The position numbers and the translations under genes were made by a program. Shown here piece after piece: positions 38,621-49,655 of a stretch of 64,000 bases of DNA. Origin of the DNA: Vicugna vicugna (taxonomy: Eukaryota); assembly GCA_013265495.1 (NCBI GenBank), contig MU058153.1:124001-188000 (forward strand), in the 5' to 3' direction. Each line of letters begins with the position of its first letter. The stretch's first letter is position 1. Under the pieces are notes generated by a model. That model was not told where the DNA came from. It searched no databases and saw only the letters and a program-made list of their open reading frames with translations.

Positions 38621-39639
38621 GAACACATACGCTACCTTCTTTTTTGTCTTCTCCTTGACTGTGTGAGTGTCTGATACTTTAATAGACAATAGATGTATGT
38701 GGTGCATCCATTTGAGGAGTGGGACGCTTATTGGAAGGATAGTACCTCACTTTAGATAATCTTACAGCCAAGAAAGTGTCTGTGTTGTGAAAAGAGAGCG
38801 GTGGTTATTTTTGCTTGGATGGCTTGTTTGCTTCACCTTATTGATGGGGAGAGGTAACCGAGGTTTCATTCTGTTTGCTGTCTTAATGTGAAACCATGCA
38901 GCTCATATCTGCAATATCCTTTTCTAATTAAAGAGTTGTCTTAAGGAAACAAATCAGCAGCTGTCAAGCGGGTGCCAGAATGAGTCATTGATTTGCAATC
39001 AGGATAGCCAATTCCCCATGCTAATGGATTCACCAATTGTTCAGGACCTCTTAGAGTTCACCTGCTTGTCACACAGCATAGCACTCTGATCACGAGCTTT
39101 GAAATGAGGAATGTCTCTTCACTGTGACTCAAGCTGATTGCCCCTCTGTCACCAGGTTTTAGCTTCTGGGATGAGTTTGTACCTTTCACTCAACCAAGTG
39201 CCTTGATGTTTTCTCCAGATAAGCTGTGATGGTAAAGATGTTCTCATGTAAGCCACCAAGGTTCCATGTATGTAAAAATGTGAATCCATTCTACCAAATT
39301 CCAGGTAGTTCAACATCTTCCATGATGATAATTGTTTCTTGATTATGAAATAGCCAAGAACCTAAGAAATCCTACTTCAGCGGAAACTGAAGCCCAAAGG
39401 GCTAAGAGTTTCCACGGTCTCCCAGCCAGAACTGACTGACACAAGGCTCAAATCCAAGTCTGAGCCCCTGTGCCACTTTAATAAACACGTCCTTTCTTCC
39501 TCTTCTCCCATATGGGCTGGTACTGGAGGTTTATATGACTGACTGGTGGACAGTCAAGATATTGAACAGTTAGGGATGTTTGAAAGAATAAAGGGGGGGG
39601 TGCATCTCAGGTCTTTCTTTCCCTCTTTCATTATTTTTA

Positions 39640-39880
39640 GAAGTGATGTAGTACAGCATGTAAGTGTCAAAACCCTGAAGCCGGACCTCATAGGTTAGAA
39701 TCCTCTTACTAGCTAAAGGCACGCAGCGTGCTTAGTCTCTCTGTGCCTCAGTGCGCTCAGCGCTAGAATGGGGTAGTCATACAGGTGCTGAGAAGTGTAA
39801 CGGAGTTAATCACAGCCAAGTACTTACAATAGTGACTGGCACTTAGTGAGCTCTTGGTAAATATTACCTGTTCTTATTCA
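39640..39880 (+). mobile_element. MIR SINE
   Basis: 'cttagtctctctgtgcctcagt...gtacttacaatagtgactggcacttagtgagctcttggtaaatatta'. Confidence 0.75.
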
Positions 39881-40399
39881 TAGGCGTATGTGAGAATGGG
39901 ATGAGAACTACTGTCTTCCCTTCTCTGTCTTCATAATTAGAATTAAAGTGAGCTCCTTATTTTGCTGTATATTTCCCAGAGTTTCAACTCCATGTCCTTT
40001 GTTTTGGTTTAATCTTAAGCCCTCTGCTTATCTCTGAGTTGTAAGGGAATAGAGATAGAATGGTATCTAAGAGCATGGTTTTGGTGTCAGTCATACTGCA
40101 TTTTTGGAATGATTGGGGTCAGCCTGTTTGTTTGCTAGAACTGTTATCTAAGGTCTTACAGAATATTTTACGTATCAGCAATATAATGCCGTAGAGGACC
40201 AAGAGACCCACTTTACAGCAAAGTCAATGTGAAAGTGTGTCTTTAAAATCCACTCGTCCGCTTGTATACCATACCACCTGGAAACTGTTGACCTAATATA
40301 GTAATAGACTGAGTTGTTAAAGGCACAGCTGAGGCACCAACCTGGGGACAATATCGTGTGAAGATTGGGTGTCATCTTCTAGGACTACACATGCACCTT

Positions 40400-41136
40400 A
40401 TATCAACATCCGTTATGTGATGCTCTTGCCAATGAACAGAATATATGGGCCTGAGAAATAATAGGCGTGGGCAGGAAGGATGCACTTTTCATTATTTCCA
40501 ATGTTCCACCTGGGGAATTTGTGGTCACCTGAATCCTCTCCACTCCATGCTCTTCTGGATTAGAAGTTATGGTCCCCAAAGAAGGAATTGTCCCAGGCAA
40601 TCAGCAAGAGGTTCCCTGAACTTTGAGCTCAGACTGCTGTCCAGGTATTGTGGGCTCCTCCTGCCCAGGGACCGACAGGGAGAAATAAAATTCACAGTCC
40701 TAGTAGTGGTGACTGACCAGGATCTAGAGGACGAGGCAGGGCCACTGTCACACAGTGGAAGCAGGAGCATGTGTTGTGCATCCAAACTGTCCATTTGGAC
40801 ATCTCTTGTTTTGATGATAAAGGGATATGTCTGGTGGTCAGTGCTTTCAAATGGCATGGAAAGCAGAAATAAACTATTCAGGGATGAACCACCATGGTGA
40901 ACCACCAAGACCCACAGAGATGCTGCTGAGAGTGAGGGGAATCCAGAACGGGTAGTAGTGGATGAAGACAATGGTTACCAGTTGTGGCTTCAAGACCCTG
41001 TTACAGCAGCAGGGACACAGCTCATCCTACTAATCTCCCTCTTTTGAATTTCTTCCAGCAGAAAAGTCCCACTCAGAGCCTCGACCTGATCTGATGCAAG
41101 TGAATTCAAATGTCACTCGGGTGAACCTTGATCGTC
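40400..41136 (+). mobile_element. ERV-L (class III) internal remnant with degenerate dUTPase-like region
   Basis: ORF 40445-40900 contains LNFELRLLSRYCGLLLPRDRQGEIKFTVLVVVTDQDLEDEAGPLSHSG, resembling the ERV-L dUTPase segment recalled as LNWKLRLPPGHFGLLLP...GVTVLAGVIDPDYQ.EI.LLLHNGG. Confidence 0.75.
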
Positions 41137-41525
41137 TGTGTCAGGCTGTGTTGATATCTCTTTTAGGATTGATAGTCACCCAGCTGCTGATCAGGTTTCA
41201 GGCTGGAAACTTTCAGTTATCAGGTGAGGAAGGTTGACCTCCCATTTTGCAGGCTATGCCATTTCCAACTGCTGATTGTCACAGTGGTGTAAAGCTGGAC
41301 CCCCTTACACTGACTTTTGACAACCCTGAAGGACTATCCTAGCTCCAGAGGTCCCTGGAGGGCTGGCAGAGGCCTTAACTGATACTGCAACGCATCCTGA
41401 CTTCTCCCTTCGTTCAATCCTGCTTCCTTTTTCTTTTCCCTCTAGGTATTAATACCAAGAGCAGTCTCTAATAAACTTTCTGCATGCTAATCTTTACCTC
41501 AGAGTTCCTGGGGACTTCTACTGAT
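41137..41525 (+). mobile_element. LTR16-like 3' LTR of the ERV-L element
   Basis: Directly follows the internal region; ends 'ctaataaactttctgcatgctaatctttacctcagagt...ggggac' (AATAAA at 41470-41475), typical of the LTR16 family. Confidence 0.7.
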
Positions 41526-41799
41526 GATGTTAGCTGAATACACTCCCACATAAGTAAGAAACAAGATAGGCACAAGATACTCATTTAGGCAGTGATTGTC
41601 AGAACAGAATGCCATTAGCAAGGCTGGTCTCCCCATTGAATGAACTACAGTACCCTCACAAGGCAGTACCACACAACCATCGACAAAAATAAAGATCTCT
41701 CTGAGGTATACGGTGATAATCCACACTTTAAAGTGAAAAAGGAAATACAGGTTCAGAACGGCATATATAATACGTAAACTTTTGTATAAAAGAGGAAAT

Positions 41800-41885
41800 C
41801 AAGATATAAAGTTTGGCAGAACACTGTATTGTTAACTATAAGCCTTCAATAAAACTGTACAAAACTGTAAAAAATTGAAAAATAA
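41800..41885 (+). mobile_element. Very short 5'-truncated L1 3' tail
   Basis: 'ttggcagaacactgtattgttaactataagccttcaataaaa' plus A-rich tail; degenerate TSD aaagaggaaatc / aaagaagaagtc. Confidence 0.5.
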
Positions 41886-42392
41886 AGAAGAAGTCCAGTT
41901 AGGCCAGAGGTTTAAACTAGTTCCTTCTTATGTGTAACTTATTCCCTTGGATCAGTTCACAGACTGGAAAATTATTTCATCTAATTCTTGCAGATCAGTT
42001 TTGGTTATTGTTGTTTTAACATTTAACAATCATTTTAATGTACTGATTGTAATAATTATCAGTGTCCATCTGGTCTCAAAGGATGAAATGCTTGTCTGCT
42101 TTTTTAAAGTTCCAGAATTGCAGGCAAATCTAGCAATTTCGTTCTACTTAATTTGGGCATTTGTGTACAAAGAAACAGATTGATATCCCTTGTTAGAGCA
42201 TTTGTTTTGTCTGGGTAACGTGATCTTACAACACACCTGGAGAGGTTGCCTGCTAATTCCTCCTGAGAAATGGATTTACGGAAATTCATAAGAGGCAAAA
42301 TGACGATAATGTATTCACAAAATGTAAGAAGTTCAGCTAGATTGGAAAATGGGGCCTGGCAATTTACTAATCACTGCAGAGGTATGAACACT

Positions 42393-42966
42393 GTAAAATT
42401 TTAAAAGTACTATGTGTGTGCCAGTGAAACCTGGGGTTTATCATTCCTCCCCATGAAGTAAAAGCACATTTTCTGTCTCTGTTTCCCTTTCTCTGTCTTC
42501 CTCGCCATCTGTCTGTTTCTGTCTGTGTCTTTCTTTCTTTCCTTCCAGAAACCAGTCTCAAGGTGACATTCTTACCTCAACATTAATAATACCTTTTCCA
42601 GGGTAAAATGGGAAAAAAAAAAAGGATTTTTTTTCTATTCTGTTTGAAGGAGGAAAGTTGACTTTCTCGATTTATTACACGTAAAATTTTAAAAGTACTA
42701 TGTGTGTCCCAGTGAAACCTGGGGTTTATCATTCCTCCCCATGGAGTAAAAGCACATTTTCTGTCTCTGTTTCCCTTTCTCTGTCTTCCTCGCCATCTCT
42801 CTGTTTCTGTCTGTCTCTTTCTTTCTTTCCTTCCAGAAACCAGTCTCAAGTTGACATTCTGACCTCAACATTAATAATACCTTTTCCAGGGTAAAATGGA
42901 AAAAAAAAAAAGGATTTTTTTTCTATTCTGTTTGAAGGAGGAAAGTTGACTTTCTCGATTTATTAC
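42393..42966. repeat. Tandem duplication, 2 x 286 bp (period 288)
   Basis: Copy 1 at 42393-42678 and copy 2 at 42681-42966; 7 substitutions by manual alignment. Confidence 0.97.
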
Positions 42967-43784
42967 TTGTACTTTGCAGATGGAGAAATGATTATAAAAA
43001 AGGTAGTATTCAAAATTGGGCCAATATTAAGTTTTATAAGTGAAAAAATATTTGTGAATGATAAAAAATAAAAATCAGATTTTTAAATGTAATGATTTTT
43101 CTAAAGCTTGACCTTTTAAAATGGACTTTCTTTGAGTGGCCCAGGAGGACAATGTAAAGAATTCTAGATTTTTTTTTCATCTTGAATGGAAATTATTGAG
43201 ATAGGATTATGTGATAAAATTGGGATGGTGTTAAGTCTATTCGGGAAATGGGAGACAGAAATAGAAATGGAATTCCTTTAATCACTCTACAAGAGAATTA
43301 ATTTGGTAGTAACTTGGCTGGATTCTTGAGTAGTAACGTTTTAGCTCTGTCTGTGTTTACTTTCATTCCCCCAGCTGTGACACCCTCTGACTCACACAAA
43401 TGTAGGTGTCTCTGCTTTAAAGAGGCATGTGCCCGTGTAGACAGGCAGGCCTGGCACACACTGATGACAGTGGCTGGCATCTATCAGTAGACTTGCAGAT
43501 GGGGACAGAAGTGTTTTAACTCAGTTACGTTCCTCAAGAACTAAGGAAGTGGCTTGTATTGATTCTCCCAACTGGTACTTTAGGCTCCAGTAAATGAGAA
43601 AAAAAAAAACTACCTTTTTTCTCCACTGCTGGATTCTTTCATGATTACCGTTTATTAAATGAATGCCATGTTCAGGTACATCTCATTCATTCTAATCATA
43701 ATAGGCAAATTTCAGCAATTATAGATAATAGATTGCTAATTATATAGATAATATTATTCTCATTTTACAAATAGTAGAAATGCC

Positions 43785-43948
43785 AAATTTATACTGTATA
43801 GCACAGGGAACCATATTCAATATCTTGTAACCCATGGTAAAGGAGAATATGAGAACGAATGCATGCATGTTCCTATGTGACTGAAGTATTGTTGTAAACT
43901 GACTGTACTTCAATAAAAATATGTTAAAAATAATAAAAAATAATAAAA
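43785..43948 (+). mobile_element. Short L1 3' tail of camelid/artiodactyl type
   Basis: 'tttatactgtatagcacagggaaccatattcaatatcttgtaac...tgtaaactgactgtacttcaataaaaat' plus A-rich tail, inserted in a MIR-like context. Confidence 0.8.
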
Positions 43949-44309
43949 TACAAGAAGAGATCAATGAATTAACCTCTCAATACTTGAGGACAGCAAATAC
44001 ATAAGAGCAAGCTCCAATCCAAGATTGCCTGACTACATCAAGAGGAAGCCTTGAGACAATGGAAGCTCAATTCTAATTCGACTCTGTTGCTCTGTATGAC
44101 GCAGAGTTGGGAGTATAAACACTTCACAGGTCACAGATGACATTATTGCTCAGAAGTATAATAGTTATGACAAGAAGAATCAAATAAATATTGCAAATAA
44201 TACTTGCATTAGATAGATAAATTAAGTAATTATAGTAATCTTTTTGGCATTTGATATCATGTTTTGCAAGATTCTCATAGAATTCAAGTAAAAGTAATTC
44301 AATTTATAG

Positions 44310-44830
44310 GCCCATCTATGTTGCTGCAAATGGCATTATTTTATTACCATGCTTTGGTTATTCATTCACGTCTTGGTTGACATAAGTCTTGTTTCCAGTT
44401 TAGGTCTATTACGAATAAAGCTCCTATGTGCATCTTGATACATGTCATTTTGTGGATATTTGTTTTTATTTCTCTTAAATAAATATCTGGAATTGGAATT
44501 CCTAGGTCATCGGTTAGTGTATGTTTAACTTTTAAGAAGTAGCCAAACTGTTTTCACATTCTTTGAACTTAATTCCAAACATCTATGTTTGAGGGTATCA
44601 GTTTTGAAGATCCTCTCAAACACTTAGTACTGTCAGTCCTTTTAACTTTAAACATTTAAGTGGGTCTGTAATTTAGCCATTTAAATTTAGACATTTAAGT
44701 GGGTTGTAATGTATTTAATTGTGGTTTTAATATACATTACTGTCATGATTAAGTATGTTTAGCATTTTTACATTTATTTACTGGCCTTTTGTATGTCTTC
44801 TTTAGTGCCAATTCTCTTTCCCTTGCTCTC
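44310..44830 (-). mobile_element. Old L1 fragment
   Basis: 'ttgtttccagtttaggtctattacgaataaagctcctatg...ggaattcctaggtcat...gccaaactgttttc'. Confidence 0.75.
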
Positions 44831-44832
44831 AT

Positions 44833-45897
44833 TTTTTATTGCGGAAAGAACACTTAAAATGTGATCTACCCTCTTAAGTAGAATCAAGCATTATTTGTCC
44901 TTCTGTGACTGGCTTATTTCATTTAGCATGTCCTCAAGGTCCATCCATGTTGTGAAATATTGCAGAATTTCCTTCTTTTTAAGACTAAATAGTATTCTGC
45001 TGGTACATAAACAACATTTTTCTTTACCCATTTGTCTGTGGATGGACATTTGAGTTGTTTCCACACCTTGTCTACTGTGAATATTGCTGCCATGAACATA
45101 GGCATGCTTATGTCTTCGCAACATTCTGATTTCCATTCTTTTGGGTAAATACCTAGAAGCAGGATTAATTGATCATATAGTAGTCATATTTTTGACTTTT
45201 TGAAGAGCTTCTATACTGTTTTCCATTGCTGCTGAACTGCTTTGCATTCCCAACAATGGTGCAGTGGTGTGCAGATTCCAATTCCTTCATACCCTCACCA
45301 ACATTGTGGTCTTTTTCTTTGCTGTTATTAACAGTCATCCCAACATGTGTAAGGTGATATCTCATTGTAGTTTTGATTTGCATTTCCCTAATGATTGGTG
45401 GTGATAAGCATTTTTTTCATATACCTGTTGGCCATTTTTCTGTCTCCTTTGGAGAAATGTCTTTTCCAGTCAGCCTTTATTTCAAATTGAGTTATTAGCT
45501 TTTTGCTTTTAAACTGTTGAGTTTTAGGTGTTCAGTATGTACATTGACAATAAACCCCTTAACAGCTACATGGTTTGCAAATATTTCCTTTCATTCATTC
45601 CATAGGTTGCTTTTTCACGCTGTTGATTGTTTTCTTTGCTGTGCGGAAGATTTTTAGTTTGATGTAGCTTCAACTCTGTGTTTTTGTTTTTGTTGCCTAT
45701 GGTTTTGACATTATATTCAAGAAATCATTACCAAGACCAGTTTCACGAAGCTTTCCCCCTGTGTTTTCTTCTAGGAGGTTTACAAATTCAGGTGAGGTTT
45801 AAATCTTTAATCCATCTGGAGTTGTTTCGTGTGGTGTAAGGTAAGAATCCAGTTTCAGTCTTTCAACTGTGGAATGCAATTTTTCCAGCACCATTTT
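44833..45897 (-). mobile_element. L1MA-type element (ORF2 C-terminus and 3' UTR)
   Basis: Minus-strand ORFs MQIKTTMRYHLTHV and PMFMAAIFTVDKVWKQLKCPSTDKWVKK match the L1 ORF2p C-terminal region. Confidence 0.9.
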
Positions 45898-45914
45898 TAA
45901 AAATTTGTTTGCCT

Positions 45915-46417
45915 TTAATTGTATTTTTAATAAACATTATCTATGTTTAAGGTGTATGACATGATGATTTGATATACATAGTGCAATGATTGATATTGTC
46001 AAGCTAATTAACATGGCATCTTCTCACAGTTACCTTTTTTAGTGTCTAATGAGAGCACTTGAATTTTATTCTCTCAGCAAAAAAGTCTTCAATGCAGTGT
46101 AATTAACTATAATCATCATGCTATAAATTAAATCTCTAGATAATTTATCCCACATAATAGTAATTATGTACCCCCTGACCAAGATCTTTCCATTTGTCCC
46201 ATCTCCCCACCCCTGGAAACCACTGTTCTACTCTCTGCTTCTATGTATTTGACTCTTTCAGATTCCACATATAAGAAAGATAATTGCAGGGTTTTTTTTC
46301 TTTTGGTGTCTGGCTTATTTCACTTAGTATAATGTTCTTTAGCTTTATCCATGTTGTTGCAAATGGCAAGATTTCTTTTTTTTCTAAGGATATGAATAAT
46401 ACTCCATTATATATACT

Positions 46418-46450
<33 letters not shown>

Positions 46451-47905
46451 ATGTATCTCTCACAATTTCTATCCACTCATACATCAATAGACACTTAGGC
46501 TGTTCCCATATCTTGGCTATTGTGAATAATGCTACACTGAACATTGGAGCACAGATATTTCTTCAAGGTGCTAATGACATTTCCTTTGGATAATTAACCA
46601 GGAGAGGGATTGCTGGATCATATGCTAGTTCTAGTTTTAATTTTTTAAAGAACTTCCATAATATTTTCAACAATGGCTGCATAAATATATAACCCTACCA
46701 ACAATGTACAAGGGTTCTCTTTTTTCCACATCCGCACTAACACTCATCTTTTATTTTTTTGATAGCTGCCGTCCTCACAGGTGTGAGGGTGAACATTTTT
46801 TCATGTACCTGTTTGCCATTTATATGTCTTCTTTTGAAAAGTGTTTTTTCAGGTCCTTTGCCCATTTTTAAATCAGATTAGTTGAGGGTTTTTTTTTTTG
46901 TTTTTTTTTTTTTGGTGGTGGTTTGTTTTGCTATTGAGTTGTATAAATTTCTTACATATTTTGGATACTAACCCCTTATCAGATACATGGCATGCAAATA
47001 TTTTCTCCCATTCTGTAGGTTGCCTTTTCATTTTGTTGGTGGTTTCCTTAGCTGTGCAGAAGATTTTTGGTTTGATGTAGCTCCACTTGCTTAACTGTGC
47101 TGTTGTTGTGTGAGCTTTTAGTGTCATATCTAAAAAATTATCAAGGCCAATGTCATAGAGCTTTTTCTCTATGCTTCTTGCAGAAAGTTTATGGTTGCAA
47201 GTCTTAGTTTTAAGCCTTTGCTCCATTCTGAATACCTCTTTTTCTAGATAGTGTAAGGCAGGATTCAGTTTCATTGTTTTGTGTGTGGATATCCAGTTTT
47301 TCTATCAAGACTGTTTAGAGACTCCCCTTTTCCCATTATTAGTGGTGTCCTTGTCAAAAATTAGTTGACTACTATGGTTAGGTTTATCTCTAGGCTCTCT
47401 GTTCTGTTCCACTGGCTTATGCTTCTGTTCTTATGGCAGTACCACACTGTTTTGATTACCACAGTCTTGAGATATAGTTTGAAATCAGGCAGTGTGATGC
47501 CTCTATCTCTCTTCTTCTTTCTCAAGATTGCTTTGACTACTGAGGGTCTTTTGCAGTTTCATATAAGTTTTGTAATTGTTTTTACTAATTCTGTGAAAAT
47601 TATCATTGGGATTTTGATAAGGATTGCACTGAATCTGTGTTTCACTTTGGGTAATACAGACATTTTAGCAATATTAATTCTTTCCATCCACCAAAAAAGA
47701 CTATCTTTCCATTTATTTGTGTCTCCTTCAATTTCTTTTATCAATATTTTATAATTTTCAGTGTACAGATCTTTTCTTTCCTAGTTAAATTTATTCCTAA
47801 ACATTTTATTATTTTTGCTGCTTTCATAAATGGGATTGTTCTCTTGATTTCGTTTTTGGGTAGATCATTGCTAATGTAAAGAAATACAACTGATTTTACA
47901 TGTTG
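45915..47905 (-). mobile_element. Second L1MA-type element (ORF2 C-terminal part and 3' UTR) with internal (TG)n
   Basis: ORFs [31 protein letters not shown] and FCTAKETTNKMKRQPTEWEKIFA match L1 ORF2p. Confidence 0.92.
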
Positions 47906-48009
47906 CATTGGGAGTCGGAGATGTCCTCCAAACTGAGAAGAAACTTTGGGACTGAAAAAGGAAGTGGGAAGCTTCTCAAAGTAAATTATGAAATGTATTG
48001 TGGGTAACT

Positions 48010-48365
48010 AATTGCATTTATTTTTATCAGGGATACTGGCTTGTAGTTTTATTGTGGTTTCTTTACATGGCTTTGATATCAGGGCAATGCTGACCTCATA
48101 AAATGAGTTTGGTAATGTTACCTTTGTTTCAATTTTCTGGAAGAGTTTGAGAAGCATTAGTGTTAATTTTGCCTTAACATTTTGGTAGAATTCACCAGTG
48201 AAGCCATCCAGTCCTGGGCTTTTATTGTTGGAAGGGTTTTAATGACTGATTCACTTTCCATACTACTTATAGGTCTGTTCAAGCTTTATATTTCTTCCTA
48301 GTTTGTTCTTGGTCGGTTGAATGTTTCTAGAAATGTATACATTTCTTTCTGGTTATCCAATTTGG
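48010..48365 (-). mobile_element. L1 ORF2 fragment (upstream part of the RT region)
   Basis: 'atcagggatactggcttgtagttt...tttggtagaattcaccagtgaagccatccagtcctgggcttt'. Confidence 0.88.
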
Positions 48366-48369
48366 CATT

Positions 48370-49020
48370 ATCTAGTAAATTTTAAATTATGTACAACTTG
48401 GAATTCCACATCAATGTATATAACTTACAGAACTGTTCACATGTGGGCTTTGAGGGTTCAGTTCCAAAGTATCTATTTTAGCACCCTTAATGGTCATCCC
48501 AAACTGGAAACAATCCAAATGTCCATCAGAAATAGAATGAATACATACATTGTAATATGTTCATTGTGACGTGTTCACACAATTGAATCCTAGATGGTAA
48601 TGAAAATGGAAAAACATAGCTCACATGACAATATGGGTGAATTTCACAAACATAACACAGATCAAAAATCCAAACATGCAATGGTTTCTATTGGACAATT
48701 TATTTAATATGAAGATCAGTGTGGAAAACTAACCTATAGTCCTTAAGGATACATACACATGCAGTAAAACAATATAAAGAGCAAAAGATTGATTACTTTA
48801 GATGTCAAGCCAGTACTTATGGTTAGCTGGGCAGCAATGGGTTGTGACTAGGAAGGACTGGGGGCTGCTGCTTGTGGAATGCTGGTGTTGCTTGGTTTCT
48901 CAACCTGAATGTTGGCTCTGTGCATTCCATTAGTAATAATATTGGAATGGTGTATATTCTCATCTTTCCTTGCATGTATGTGATATTTTATAATTTAAAT
49001 TTTTTATTTTATGTTAAAAA
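48370..49020 (+). mobile_element. Old L1ME-type 3' region
   Basis: 'ccaaactggaaacaatccaaatgtccatcagaaatagaatgaatacatacattgtaatatgttca'. Confidence 0.7.
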
Positions 49021-49429
49021 CCACATTAAATGTAGGAAGCCCAGTTAGGAAACTACTGCAATTCTCTAGGAGAGATGATGGCAAATTGAAATAGATTCAA
49101 AGTAAAAGAGTTCAAATAATGTCAAGAAATCTGGTAAGGAATGGAGGAAATAATCATTCTGTTTCACAGTCTAAGTAGTTAATACTTTTAGAAAGCTTAC
49201 TGTGTGTATAAAGTTTGATATATAGGTCAAATTTTATTTTTTCCTATATGGATATTAAATTAGCCTAGCATCATTTTAAAAAAGGGTTTAAACTTCACAT
49301 TAACCCTATAGGGTGGGATTTACTCCAGTCATAATTTTACAGGTGAAGAAACTGAGGCAAATAGGGTTAATCAACTTTCCAAAGAACAATTCAACATAAT
49401 TGCAGCTTCTACTTTCAACTACAACTAAG

Positions 49430-49655
49430 GACTAGCAGGAGTGGGTCAGCATTTATTGAACAGCAGTGTTTTGAGGCATGAGGTTAAGTGCCTTCATGCA
49501 CAGGTTCATTTAATCATCCAAAAAACCCGCTAAGCAGGTCCTAAAATTATCTCCATTTACATAGGAGGAAATTCAGTCTTAAAGGGATGACTAGCAAACC
49601 ACTTACAAGGGGCGGAGCCAGGTCTCGAACACAGATCTATTACTTTCCAAAAGTC
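49430..49655 (-). mobile_element. MIR SINE
   Basis: 'agcatttattgaac...tcatttaatcatcc...attatctccatttacataggaggaaatt'. Confidence 0.7.

Noticed and set aside
42367..42849. Two near-identical minus-strand ORFs (MRLVSGRKERK...)
   Set aside because: By-product of the tandem duplication and CT-rich low complexity; no protein family resemblance
44891..47754. ORFs with clear protein similarity
   Set aside because: Fragmented, frameshifted L1 ORF2p remnants or their antisense frames, not host genes
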